A model generated the notes under the pieces. That model saw only the letters and a list, made by a program, of their open reading frames with translations. It was not told where the DNA came from and searched no databases. Source: Plasmodiophora brassicae (taxonomy: Eukaryota). From it: a DNA stretch of 64,000 bases. The position numbers and the translations under genes were made by a program. The stretch covers positions 1,488,001 to 1,552,000 of the forward strand of contig CP145411.1 of NCBI GenBank assembly GCA_036867785.1, given 5' to 3'. Below, in pieces: positions 23,258 through 34,565 of the stretch; the first letter of the stretch is position 1, and each line of letters opens with the position of its first letter.

Positions 23258-24997
23258 TTATTGCTCGGTGGGGACGAGCGTGTTCGAGCCCGCTGACCGG
23301 TCCTCGTTAGGCGCCGGCTTGGCGTTCGTCGTGACCTTCAGCTCGACAGGCGGTTTCGTCGGGGGCAGGTCGCACCCAAGGTGGAACGCGATGCAGGCCA
23401 GGACAAGGGCAACGACGCCGAGTCCGATCAAGATTCGGGCCACGAGCGCCCACACGGCGACGCTGTTGCCAATCTCGCCGATGATCGCGCCGATCCCCAG
23501 GTCGGTGACGACGCACGCCATGCTCGACCAGAAGGCGATTAGCCCCGATGCGGACGCCGGCCGGTTCACCTTGGCGGAGACGGCCACCACGTGGAACCCT
23601 TCGATGAACCCGTTGTGGAACTCGCAGGCGGCCGCCAGCATGGTCCAGATCGCAACGCCCGCCACGAACGGCACGTCCGGCAGCGTCAGGAGGATCGCGA
23701 TCGCGATGGCTCCAGCCAGGAGCACGATGGACGGTAAGACTTGGAGCAGAAAGATCCGCCGTCGACTGCTGTGCTGGACGGCATCAACAACGTACCCGTT
23801 GACGTTGGCGCTGATCAGCATCATCATCGGCAAGAGGATCGACATGGTCGCCGCCGTCGTCGGCGACATGTCCAGCGAGTCGACGAAGAACACGGCCGTC
23901 CAGGTCCAGACGACTTCGCGGGGAACGGCGAACACCGAGTACGACAACGTCATCGCCACGAACCTCGCGTCCGTCATCAGCTGCCGCACGCCTTCACGAT
24001 GCCCGCCCTGCGGTGTCGCTTTTGACCGTTTCCGCTCGTTGAGGCGCTCGATCGTCTCCTGGGACGGCTGACGGCGAAGCTCGGGGATCATCAACGCAAC
24101 CATCGGGATCGAGAGGAGCGCGGCGACGACGGCCCCGAACAGGAACGCGAAATGCCACGACAGGCCGACGGCGACGATCTCGCCATAGAAGACGCGGGCG
24201 ACCGAATCGCCCAGGCTGTACCCGAACGAGATGATCGCCAGGGCCAGGCCGTACGACGCCTGCGGGAGTTCCACGCTGAGCAGGAGGACCATGGCGCCCC
24301 AGGACGCCGACACGATCCACCGGTTCAACGCGAACGCCACGACCCAGAACGCGAACACGACCATGTCGTTCGTGGGCGGGGCCGACGGCGACGCCATCGT
24401 GATGATGAGCGTCAGCGCCGCCAGCGGAACTGAGGACGCGAACACGACCATGCCGCCGTATCGGTCGGCCAGGAACCCGTTGACGACCTTGCCGATGGCG
24501 GTGGTGGCGTTCCCGATCCCGAACACGATGCTAAAGTACGACAAGGAGAGCCCGGTGGACGTGGAGACGATCGGGAGCAGGGCGGAGACGTGCGATCGGC
24601 ACAGGTAGATGGCGGCCCAGGACGCGCAGCAGCTGAAGATCAGGACGCGATGCTTGGCGGACAGCTGCTCCCAGCGCCCCTGGCCATGGCCGCCGTGCTC
24701 GTGGTTGCGATGGTCCAGGAACCGAAGGTGCGGCCAATGGTGCCCGGACATGGTCGGCAACTTGGCACGAACGTGTGCCAGCGCGCGGGCGTTCACCATG
24801 ACCATGGCCGTCATCGGGAACATGAGCGTCTCCCTGAACCGGGTACGAAGCGCCGTCTCTTCGTCCGTGTACGGCACCAGCAACGTCGCTTTCGGACGAC
24901 GCCGGGTGCCGACCAGCTCGGTCGTCGACCCCGGGTCGAGCTCGACCTCGTCGTCGACGGGCACAACGTGGTCCTCATCGTTACTCGACGTTGTCAT
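23258..24997 (-). CDS. Major facilitator superfamily transporter (GlpT/UhpT-like), intronless
   Basis: About 12 hydrophobic helices, IYLCRS motif and GKVVNGFLADRYGG motif A. Confidence 0.85.
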   Translation of the reverse strand: MTTSSNDEDHVVPVDDEVELDPGSTTELVGTRRRPKATLLVPYTDEETALRTRFRETLMFPMTAMVMVNARALAHVRAKLPTMSGHHWPHLRFLDHRNHEHGGHGQGRWEQLSAKHRVLIFSCCASWAAIYLCRSHVSALLPIVSTSTGLSLSYFSIVFGIGNATTAIGKVVNGFLADRYGGMVVFASSVPLAALTLIITMASPSAPPTNDMVVFAFWVVAFALNRWIVSASWGAMVLLLSVELPQASYGLALAIISFGYSLGDSVARVFYGEIVAVGLSWHFAFLFGAVVAALLSIPMVALMIPELRRQPSQETIERLNERKRSKATPQGGHREGVRQLMTDARFVAMTLSYSVFAVPREVVWTWTAVFFVDSLDMSPTTAATMSILLPMMMLISANVNGYVVDAVQHSSRRRIFLLQVLPSIVLLAGAIAIAILLTLPDVPFVAGVAIWTMLAAACEFHNGFIEGFHVVAVSAKVNRPASASGLIAFWSSMACVVTDLGIGAIIGEIGNSVAVWALVARILIGLGVVALVLACIAFHLGCDLPPTKPPVELKVTTNAKPAPNEDRSAGSNTLVPTEQ

Positions 24998-25198
24998 GTG
25001 CAACCACGTCGCTTACGACAAGTGATATCGCCACATCGTGGTACCCCCGGCAGCGCTCAACCGATCGCCCGTCGAATCGTCTTGGTATCCCAGTGTCGGT
25101 TCATGTGTATCGTCTGTGCTATCAGGTCGTGCTACTGTTGCCAGGGCTGCGCTCGCTGCCGGGCCTTAACGGTGGGCGCCCCGCCTGTCGTCACGACG

Positions 25199-26224
25199 AT
25201 GGGACGGTCACGGCGACTGATGATGTCGCTCGTGACGCTGAGCCTGTCCTGCTCCCTCTTCGTCCTTGTCGGGAACTGGTCCCTAGTGGGGCCGTTGACG
25301 CTGGAGCAGGCCGACGCTGAACCCGAGTACGCGCCGCCGTACTTCCTGTACCTGATCATGGGGCGCGGTGCGCGCCCGGCCTACCTGGACGAGGTCCTGC
25401 ACACGAACCGGTCCCGCCTCGTCATGCTGAGCTGGCAGCACAACACGTCGACAACCGACGTGTTTATGCCCCAATCGACGATCACAACGGGGCGCATCCG
25501 CCTGGGCGAGTACGCGTACGACCTGGAGCGCCACCTGGGCCACAAGTTCCTGTACTGGATCTGGATGGACGAAGACGCGAGGTTCGGCCCTGAACCCGTT
25601 CACGAATCCGTCCACAAGTGGGAGGAGTTCCTGCTCGACTGGCAACCTGCCGTTGGCGTCGCCGAGTACTACCCGAGGCACCGGGCCGTCCTGGACGCCT
25701 TGCAAGCCAAGCCTGACGACATCTGGTCCGTGTTCTCGTTCGACGGCATCTTCAACGCCCAGCACCATGAGACGCTGCGGCACATGACGCCGCTGAACGC
25801 CACGTACGACCACGTATCATGGCACATGTCGGCGCTGATCAACCTGTACCGGGCCGGGTCGTACGTCGACCACGTCCTCGAGTACCGGGGCCTGAAAGTC
25901 TCCAACCCGGAGCACAAGTCGCCCGTCAACTACGAGGTCGGCAACAACTTCATGCGACGCATCGAACCGCACCTACCCGGCGAACACATGCCCGCGCCCA
26001 TCGCCGAATGCATTCGCGCCAGCGGGCGCCACCACTACGACGTCAGCCTGATGATGTGGGGCACGCCGCGCAAGAAGTACTGGTCGTACGAGAACCCGAC
26101 CACCGCCGCGTCCCTCGCCAAGCGACAGCGCTCCTGGGCCGTCCACAACCTCACCGCCTGCGTCCGCAGCACAAGAGGCCTGGACGATACAACGCCCTTG
26201 TACGTGCATCGTGATCCCGTATAG
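25199..26224 (+). CDS. Type II membrane protein, probable GT-A glycosyltransferase-like
   Basis: N-terminal hydrophobic anchor LMMSLVTLSLSCSLFVLVG, DxD motif YWIWMDED, strong coding bias, 341-aa uninterrupted frame. Confidence 0.55.
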   Translation: MGRSRRLMMSLVTLSLSCSLFVLVGNWSLVGPLTLEQADAEPEYAPPYFLYLIMGRGARPAYLDEVLHTNRSRLVMLSWQHNTSTTDVFMPQSTITTGRIRLGEYAYDLERHLGHKFLYWIWMDEDARFGPEPVHESVHKWEEFLLDWQPAVGVAEYYPRHRAVLDALQAKPDDIWSVFSFDGIFNAQHHETLRHMTPLNATYDHVSWHMSALINLYRAGSYVDHVLEYRGLKVSNPEHKSPVNYEVGNNFMRRIEPHLPGEHMPAPIAECIRASGRHHYDVSLMMWGTPRKKYWSYENPTTAASLAKRQRSWAVHNLTACVRSTRGLDDTTPLYVHRDPV

Positions 26225-26729
26225 GTAAAACCAACCGCAGTACGGTACGCCCAGCGCGCGCGCGCTTCCGCGGAGAATCGCGTCTGTCACGCACACGCCG
26301 ATTTGCCGTCACTGACCAACCCCGTTTGCAGTTCGACACGTCCGTTGCACAACCACCTTCGCAGTATTGGTCGTTTTCACCACAGTTGAGGTACGCAGGG
26401 GATCCCGGTGCTCCCCGTCAGGTGCGCGATTGAAGGCGTAGAAATGGCTGTTGTGTGTTTGATCGCAACGTACTGGTCGGCAGACGTTAACGTTATGGGC
26501 TCCTTAACCCATACGTAGCGTCGTCAGATGACTTGGGAGTCAGGCCGGGGCCTTCGACGTTCTCTCGAGCAAGTGTGTCGCCAACGTCGACTCCAGACGT
26601 CCACATCGTGTGTTTTGCACGTGAACAACAGCGTCGGCCTCGACCTATATATAGACTGGGGGGTTAGTGCTAAATCAGAACACGCGATCGATCGACATAC
26701 GTCGGGGGGAAGCACTGCCGTCCCGGTAG

Positions 26730-29689
26730 ATGGCGAGCTCGACGTCCAAGTACCGCCTCGTGCGCTGCGACCTGGTCAAGGGCGGCACGGTCGACCTGTC
26801 GACCGTGGTCGGCAAGCCGGCGTCGGCGTCGACGTCGCCCTGCGTCGCTACGAGCGCGTCGTACACGGCAACGCCCGTCGCGTCCGCCGCCGGCAGCGTT
26901 GTCGTCGTCCCGAACGCCTCCCCGTCACCGTTCGTCGTGAGCGCGCATGCCAAGGTACCGCGGCGTCGCTCCGCCGCGATACCAACCGTCTGAATCGGAG
27001 CGCGCCAGGGTGTGAACGATGCCGCGTTCTCGTTGTTCGACGCGGGATTGCTGGCGACATGTGGCCAGGATGGAACCTTGGCGACATGGCGGCTGGCGAA
27101 CGATCGTGCGGAGGCGGGCGTTCGCGTCCCCGTTGCCGCCGCGTTATCGATCGTCCGTCCACATCCGTCCTGCAACGGGATATTCGCGACCGCCGGCAAT
27201 GATGGAGTCGCAGTGGTCGACGTTTCCGCTGGTGGGGATGTCGTTGGCGAGCGCGCCAGCGACGACGGCACGGTCGTGTACGCGGTGGACTGGGCGCGAG
27301 ACGGGTCGACGATCTCGGTGGTTCGTGGCGCGAAGTCGACGGGGGCCAACGGCGCCCTCGTTCAGGTCGACGTGCGCGGCAAGTCGAAGGCGCCCGTCTA
27401 CGACCTGCAGGGCCTGCGACCCCATCAAGTCGTCAACCTCGGCAGCTCGTCGCTCGTCGCCGTCCTCGGCCAGGACCAGGTAATCAGTCGTATGCGGCCA
27501 GCATCGGGCATTGCCTGACGGTCGCGCGCCACAGTTCAGGGCGCCTCGCGTTGCGTTGGTCGATGTTCGGCAGCCGGACGCGCCATTGCTGACGGAATCG
27601 TTGCAATTGTCGGCGGGGACCTGCCTGGCAACGTACGATGTCGACACGGCGTTGATGTCGGTGACGACGCGCGGGTCGTCATCGCTATTGGTGTTCGACA
27701 TGTCGGCGGCGGCGTTAACGACCGACAAGCGCCTTCGTCAGCTGCAGACGTTCGCATCGTCGTCGTCGTTCCAGGGCCTGGCATCGGTCCCGAAACGCCA
27801 GTGTGACGTTCTGGGCGCCGAGATCGCTCGCCTCCGGCAACTGACGACCGCGTCGATGGAAACGATCTCGCTGACGATGCCCAGGAAAGGCGGGCGGCAA
27901 TTCCATGCCGACCTGTTCCCCGATACCGATGACGACCAGCGCCCGGCGCTGACGCCGGGTCAGTTCCGATCGGGGGCGAACGCGTTTCCGAACGTGTCGC
28001 CGGTCCTGGAGAAGGTTCCTGAGACGAGGTCCTCATCGACAACGTTAACGGCGCCCCCGAGCTCCCGAGCGTCGGTGAGCACAGCGGATATGATCGCGGC
28101 GCTCGACGACGGCCTGAGCGAGTCCCGACGGCAACTCGACCAGCGATTGAAGCGGTCTTCGGTAGGACGAACGTCGTGATGATGGTTCGCGACGCGCTAA
28201 ACGATTGTGAACGGCAGATGACGCACGTCAACGGCACCGAGTCCAAGTCGTTGGACGCGCAGTGGTACTCGATTCGCCCATCGGACGCGTCGGTGCCGTT
28301 GGCGCTGAGCATCGTGGCGAATCGACGGGTCATGGCGATTCCATGGCGGTCGCTAGCGGGATCGGCCGTGGCCGTCATCCCGCTAGCGGCCCTGGGACGC
28401 GTCCCTGACAACGTTGGCGTGATCCGGGCGCATCCACAACCGCTGGCCGGTCTCGCCATCAGCGACGACGACCTCGTCACCGCGTGCGGCGACGGGCACG
28501 TTCGCGTCTGGGCGCTCCCGAACGACCTACCCAAGGAAGACGTCGTGGAACCGCGCCTGGACTTGCTCACGTCGGGGAAGGTCACGTCGGTGGCGTTGAA
28601 CCCGGGCGCTCCCACCGTCCTGGCCACTGCTTCGCAGTCGTACGACAACAAGGTCGATGTCGCGCTCTGGGACATCACGTCGCCAGCGACGTCCAGTCGC
28701 CCTGCGATTGAACTTCGATCGTCCCATCCCGATGTCGTCCTCGACATGGCGTTCAGCGACGATGGCGCGCTGCTGGCCACGTAGGACGCGGTTCTGTATC
28801 TCTGTGATGTCCCGAGCGTCGTTCTGAGCGCCGTTCGTGCAGGATCTGTCGCGATCGCCACTGTCGTGTGTTCGACCCGCGCAAAGGGACAGCGCCGATC
28901 GTGTGCTTCCCGATCGAGGAGGGCGTACGTGACACGCGCGTCCTGTGGGTCGCCGACACGGGCGCGCTGCTAACGGTCGGGTTCGGGCCGTCGTCGTCGC
29001 GCCAGATCTCGTTGTGGGCCGTGCTGACGGGTACGGCCGTTCGACAAGGCGGGCCGACGCGTCTGGCGACGCACACGATCGATCGGACGTCAGCGACGTT
29101 GATCGCCCATTACGACCGCGACACGAACCTGCTGTACGTGACCGGGCAAGGCGACCGCGCGCTCCTGTTCTTCGAGGTGAACGCCCAGGACGGCGGCATC
29201 GTGTTGCACGGCCGGTACCTGTGCCCGTCGATCGTCGGCGGCATGACGTGGCTGCCGAAGACGTCGTGCGATATCGCCGGCGTCGAAGTCGGCCGGGCCC
29301 TGCGCCTGTCCGTCGATCACGTCAAGCTCGTGTCGATGACGATCCCGAGGAAGCGCAAGGAGTTCTTCCAGGACGACCTGTTCCCGGCGACGTTGGTGCC
29401 GCAGGCGATCAGCGCATCGTCGTGGTTGTCGGGGAGCGACCCGGTCAGGCGGGCCGTCGATCTGTGCCCCGACGGGATGGTGCCGCTGTCCAAGGCGCCG
29501 CCTGAGGAGATCACTGTCCACCAGCGGCGGCGCCTTCAGCTCCGCTCGCAGGACCTGGAGACGACGTCGCAGCCGACCGTCGAGGAGCACATCGCCAGCA
29601 AGCTGTCGACGATCGAGGCCGATCCCGTCAACCGGTGGGACGCGACCCCCATCGCTGACAACGCCGTCGACGACGACGAGTGGGAATAA
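26730..29689 (+). CDS. CORO7: Tandem (double) coronin, coronin-7/POD-1 type, multi-exon
   Basis: N-terminal SKYRLV, WD repeats, and two coronin C-terminal signatures: VPKRQCDVLGAEIAR...MPRKGGRQFHADLFPDT and LPKTSCDIAGVEVGR...IPRKRKEFFQDDLFPAT. Acidic DDDEWE end. Confidence 0.85.
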
Positions 29690-30307
29690 ACGAATGGCGA
29701 AACCAATGGGCTCAAGGGGTGAGGACGGGCCGTCGGCGTCCGACTGACGCTCACGCTTGGGGCTGAGGCGCGCGCCTCGCGAATGTCCCGCGAGAGTGGC
29801 CAGAGTCGCTGGGCACCACGCGCACCGTGACGGTGCGGAATGCTGAATGCACGGTCAGGCGCTCGTCAACGTTCGATGTTGCCATTTGCGGTTCCTCGTG
29901 GACCCGAACATCATTAACCGTGGTAGCCCCGAATCGCTACTGTGATGTCGGGCATCGCAGTACCTGGGGGTTTGTTCACCGGAGCGACCTTCAGTGCGCC
30001 TTCGGCCAACATCGCATCCAGGGCGCACATCCCGATGTGCTCGGCAGTGTACATCAGGCGTCCTTACCTTGGTTGCTGCTGTGCAGCCAGCGCAAGCTGT
30101 AAAACCCCCCTCCTATCGCCTTCGCGTCTATGAGGCACACGCTGACCCTTCGGCTAGGGCTGCCGCAGGTCTTATGCTTCCAAACAAATCGGACGAACCC
30201 GAAACGAACCAGGAAATAACCTTGCGTTAGGTATATCATATTGGCAAATTGGATTTGCGAGCTTCCTGGCGCCAGGTCACATGCTACGCCCGGCAGGGTG
30301 GCAGAAA

Positions 30308-31866
30308 TCACGCGTTGAACAAGTCCTGGTCAGTCGCATCACGTCGAGACGAACAATTGTAGATGAAGGCCAGGGACACCAGTAGCACAGCGAGGGCAAC
30401 GGTGACGGCGACCGCGATGATGGGCAGACGGTACTCTGGTGCGACGTAGAGGCGCGGTAGGGGTTGTAAATTGCGACGACGTGGCTTGCCGATAGGTCCT
30501 GGTTCTGCCCGAGATGCGTAGCGAGCGGCCAGCCCGATACCAGCGGCCGCAGTGGCAAGGCTTCCCATTAGCAATGGCTTCGATACCGCGGGTCGCTCGA
30601 TCTGCACATTGTTCGTCGGCGCTGGCCTCGAGTGCCGGACGGTATGCCACCCCATTGCCGCAGCGGCCCCGGCAGAGGCGAACAGTCCCGCTGCCAACGC
30701 CTTCCTCTACAGTGCCATTGTGAGAGGCGGGAAAATGCACGACAAGTTCGAAGCGTACCTGCCACGACAGTCTTGCAGCCTGCGCTGCCAAATTATCCAG
30801 AGCCAGTACGTGACTTGTCAGGTTCGCGATTTCGCTTGCTTGACGATTGGTAGCATTGCGCAGGACAGCGCGCGTTCGTTCGAGTAACATCACCTGGCCA
30901 GTTAGATTCGCAATTATTCTTCGTTGGTCGGCGGCATGTAGAGCGCTGCGTTCGTTTGTGAGCGTTTGTAGGGCATGTTTCTGCTTGGACGATTCCTCTT
31001 CGAGATGTTTAACTGTTGACGACTGCTCGTCCACCTGACGTTGCACGCCAGCGAGCGTGGTCTCGGCCAGCAGCTTACAGGAACTCGTCTCAGCGCTCGT
31101 TCGGTAGACGCTCTTCAGGACATCATCCCTCTACAACGCGCGGACATCAGGGGCAGCAACGGATATGCCCAAATACGCTGGACCTTGATGTATATCTCCT
31201 GTTCATATTTCGAACCATCTAGGGTCAGATTGCTGTATACGACGTATTCGCATTGTTTGTACTACAGACAAAACGGCCTGTTAGGAAATCGCTCGGGATG
31301 GAGGCCTCGTAGCACGATCTACCTCCATGGACAAGGTCACACTTTTAGCGGGGCCTAAATTCATGTGTTCAAAGACGATCTTGATATCGGACGGCATCGG
31401 GTCGCCTTCTGGAAGGACATCGAACTCGAACCTTATCGACAACACTCGGTAAGGCCATTTTGCAGGATTACATTCATTGTGTGGCCGACCTCGTCCAGTA
31501 TTTCCCATTGTCAGACAACGCAAACAAATGGGGCACCTCAGAAATGTTGTGATGGCTTCCCAAACTCGCTCCGCGAGATGCTCCCGACCGGTATGCATGT
31601 CTGCAGAGCATCGTTTCGGATGTGCTGTCTGGTCCACACCTGTTGAACTGGACATCGAATATGGCCCATTCCAATATGGTGTCTTTAACGTAACCACTGT
31701 CGCCCGTTATTCGGGACCACCAGGACGTTCTCGGGTGGTACTCCAGCAGCCTTGACGGTCGAACGCCGAATGCCTCCATCTTCCAGGTTACCGTATCAGC
31801 CCCGGCAGACTGGCGATCCGTCAACAGCGCACAGGCGACCACCAGGCCTAACAACCCAGCGGCCAT
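30308..31866 (-). CDS. Secreted/membrane-anchored coiled-coil family protein, copy 5 (dispersed, 5 exons)
   Basis: Same signal peptide and intron positions as copies 1-4. About 25-aa insertion in the head. Stalk exon 31130-30759 (124 aa). Ends in TM + DQDLFNA. Confidence 0.85.
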
Positions 31867-32261
31867 TGGTTCCTGGCGCAGACGGTTACCGCCTTCCTGT
31901 ACGACAGCCACGGGTTGCCGAATCGACGGAGACGTTCGTGTCTAATTTAGCAGCTGACCTCGGGTCCGACGTGCCCGATTTAGCCGTCGGCTATGTGCCA
32001 GCGTTTGCGACGGTGTCACTTGCTGGCAGCGACCAATGACACCCGAACGGGCGCTGCGTCCGCAGCCGCGCTGACAGGACCGATGTCATGCGCCACAACA
32101 GGAACATTATAGGCGTGTCGTCAGGACAAGAGTTTGGACGAACGACGTCGACGACGAGGCGCGCCGCCCACGCGCTCCAGCGCCGAGGCAGCCGCCAGTG
32201 AAGACGTGCAGAGGTTGTTGCACCGCCGCGGGTTACTGTGTATTTGGACAAGTGGCGGGTT

Positions 32262-33074
32262 TCAGAAGTTGAAGACGGCGATGGCGGGGAGAGCGACAGC
32301 GGCAACGACGCCGACGGCGACGGCACCGCTGTGCGGGGCGGGCGTCGGGGCCGGCGTCGGCGCCGGCGTTGGGGCGGGCGTTGGCGCCGGCGTCGCGATC
32401 TGGTTCTTCAGGTTGATGAGGTCGTTGAACGCGGCCTCGATGTCGCCGTTCGTGATGTGGAAGCAGGTCTCCAGGTCGGCGGTGACGTCGTTCGGGCAGG
32501 CGGCCACAGTGTGCACGAGGTTCTCGATGGCCTGCAGCTGGGCCGCCGACAGCGCGTTCGCCGTGCAGATCAGCGTCTGCTGCGCCAGGTTCGCCCAGGA
32601 CGTCGACGTGATCTGCGACAGGGCCTGCTCGATGGCCTGGACGCCGCCGAACGACTTGACGCCCAGGGCGATGAGGTGGGCGGCGTAGGCGCGCGTGACC
32701 TGCGTGCCGCAGACGATGGGGCAGGTGCCGCGCACGAGCTGGACGCCCTGGGCGCACGTGCCCAGGTCGGACATGACCTGCGTGATCACCCTGTTGATGG
32801 CACAGTCCGTGCACTGGATCTGCGGGTTGAACACGCACGAGTTGCCGCTGGCGATGCACCCGTCGACGGTGCCGTCGACGGTGCACTGCGACCCGTCGGC
32901 GTTGCACGCGCCCTGGATCGAGTGCTGCCCGGCGACCAGCTTGCGGATGAATCCGGGGACGTTCGGGTCCACGAACTGGCACCTGTTGTTCGCGTACCCG
33001 CAGGCCTGGTCGAGGATGGCGGGCAGGGCGGACGTCATCGCCACCAGGACGGCACCGAGCACAACGGTTCGCAT
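32262..33074 (-). CDS. Cys-rich secreted, probably GPI-anchored surface protein with PTPA linker repeats
   Basis: Signal peptide MRTVVLGAVLVAMTSA, numerous Cys, (PAPT)x5, then SGA + hydrophobic tail VAVGVVAAVALPAIAVFNF. Very strong GC3 bias. Confidence 0.8.
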   Translation of the reverse strand: MRTVVLGAVLVAMTSALPAILDQACGYANNRCQFVDPNVPGFIRKLVAGQHSIQGACNADGSQCTVDGTVDGCIASGNSCVFNPQIQCTDCAINRVITQVMSDLGTCAQGVQLVRGTCPIVCGTQVTRAYAAHLIALGVKSFGGVQAIEQALSQITSTSWANLAQQTLICTANALSAAQLQAIENLVHTVAACPNDVTADLETCFHITNGDIEAAFNDLINLKNQIATPAPTPAPTPAPTPAPTPAPHSGAVAVGVVAAVALPAIAVFNF

Positions 33075-33358
33075 TGCTTGCTGTTGCTTGTTTGCTGTTG
33101 CTGTCGTCTGCGACCCGATGCGCTTTGTGGAATGCGTCACCGGGTGGGCGCGCGCGACCGCATTACACCGGCGTTGTCGTGGCGCGTGCCTGAATGCCGC
33201 CGTTCGGTTGAGTGCACGCGCCACCCCCCGAAACAGTGACGTCGTCTAGTCAACGTTTCGCCATACGGCGCCACCGGTGCCGGTTTGGCATAGACGTTCT
33301 CACAGACGATGAAACGCCACACGGCAGAGGTGACGGGGCATGCCGGTTGCCACGACCT

Positions 33359-34471
33359 TTATGGCGTCTCTGTTTGTGTACGTGGCGATGTGACCCGTTT
33401 ACAGACGACCTTCGTCGCGGTTGGTTTCGGGCGCGCCTTCTTGGTCGTGTAGGAGTAGGCGCAGGATTCGCAGTAGGCCGGCGGTACGATTCCGGCCTGG
33501 ACGGCGAGGGAGAACACGTAGCAGGCGGCGCAGAAGCCGAACAGGGCCAGTACGGCGGCGGCGGCGGCCAGGCACCCCCAAACGATTGCGCTGACGAACG
33601 TCAACCCGAAGCCGTGGTCGATGACGGTCGCCGTCAGCGCGAACAGGACACCGACGAACTGGGCGAACCGCTTCGGCGGGCTGGGCTTGAAGGACGACTT
33701 GGCCACCTGGAGGACGTCCTCGAGCAGCGGGCGAAGGACGAGGACGACCAGGTACGCCTGGGGGTCGAATCGGGGCCCGGACACGACTCGTGCGGTGAAC
33801 CCGTAAAGAATAAACCATCCCAGGGCGGAGACGTCGTACTCGTAGAGGAGGACGATGTGGGCGACGGTTAGGGCGGTGACGCATGCGGAGTGCAGGCGCG
33901 CTTCGAGCTCGTTGACGGGGTTGGGGAACCCGAGCAGGTGAACCGGGCGGCGCCTCCACCAGTAGCACATTTCCCTCGAGATGGCCAGGTGCTGCCTGTG
34001 GATACAGTCGTTGACGAACCGGGGGAACACGTCCTTCCGGAGCATCAACTCGACCTCCTGGACGCACTCGTCGAACACCTGGGCCGGGTCGCCACCGGCC
34101 GGCGCCTGTCTCACCAACCCCTTCCACGACATCGTCACCATTGCCGATTTCAGGTCGCGAACCCGTTCCAGCGTTTCCGTCCGCATCGTCCCTGGAATGT
34201 TAATCTCCCTCGGCGACCCGCTGACGACGTACGCCTCGGCAATGTGTTCGACCTCCTGGATCAGGTCGAACGGGTCGCCGGTCCGCTTCGCCAGGCTGTC
34301 CACGTCCTGCAGGAACTCGATCGTCTCCAGGCAGTGCATACGCCTGGCGTACTCGACGAATCCTGTGATGTCCAGCGGGTACGCGTGCGCCGCTTTCCCG
34401 CTGATCAGGTCGCGGACCGACAGGTCGTCCACCAGCGCTACGTCAATAATCACGTCCTTCCCTGCCGCCAT
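33359..34471 (-). CDS. RGS-domain + DUF4395-like membrane domain fusion protein, paralog A (intronless)
   Basis: RGS-like: GFVEYARRMHCLETIEFL...AYVVSGSPREINI...VFDECVQEVELMLRKDVFPRF. DUF4395-like: FPNPVNELEAR...GFTARVVSGPRFDP...PPKRFAQFVG...GFCAACYVF. Confidence 0.85.
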   Translation of the reverse strand: MAAGKDVIIDVALVDDLSVRDLISGKAAHAYPLDITGFVEYARRMHCLETIEFLQDVDSLAKRTGDPFDLIQEVEHIAEAYVVSGSPREINIPGTMRTETLERVRDLKSAMVTMSWKGLVRQAPAGGDPAQVFDECVQEVELMLRKDVFPRFVNDCIHRQHLAISREMCYWWRRRPVHLLGFPNPVNELEARLHSACVTALTVAHIVLLYEYDVSALGWFILYGFTARVVSGPRFDPQAYLVVLVLRPLLEDVLQVAKSSFKPSPPKRFAQFVGVLFALTATVIDHGFGLTFVSAIVWGCLAAAAAVLALFGFCAACYVFSLAVQAGIVPPAYCESCAYSYTTKKARPKPTATKVVCKRVTSPRTQTETP

Positions 34472-34565
34472 CGCCTGCGATGAAGCGCTCCTTTAGATAG
34501 CTCGGTTGGGTCGAGTGTACGGTCTTGTCTTCCTGCGATATTATCGGCGTGTATTAGCAGAGCGG

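Noticed and set aside
24590-25198. N-terminal 200 aa of the 544-aa + ORF
   Set aside because: Antisense shadow of the MFS gene. The coding signal starts at ATG 25199.
32238-33239. Long antisense ORFs (also 27536..28861 -, 61288..62520 +)
   Set aside because: Shadow frames produced by high GC3 of real genes on the opposite strand.
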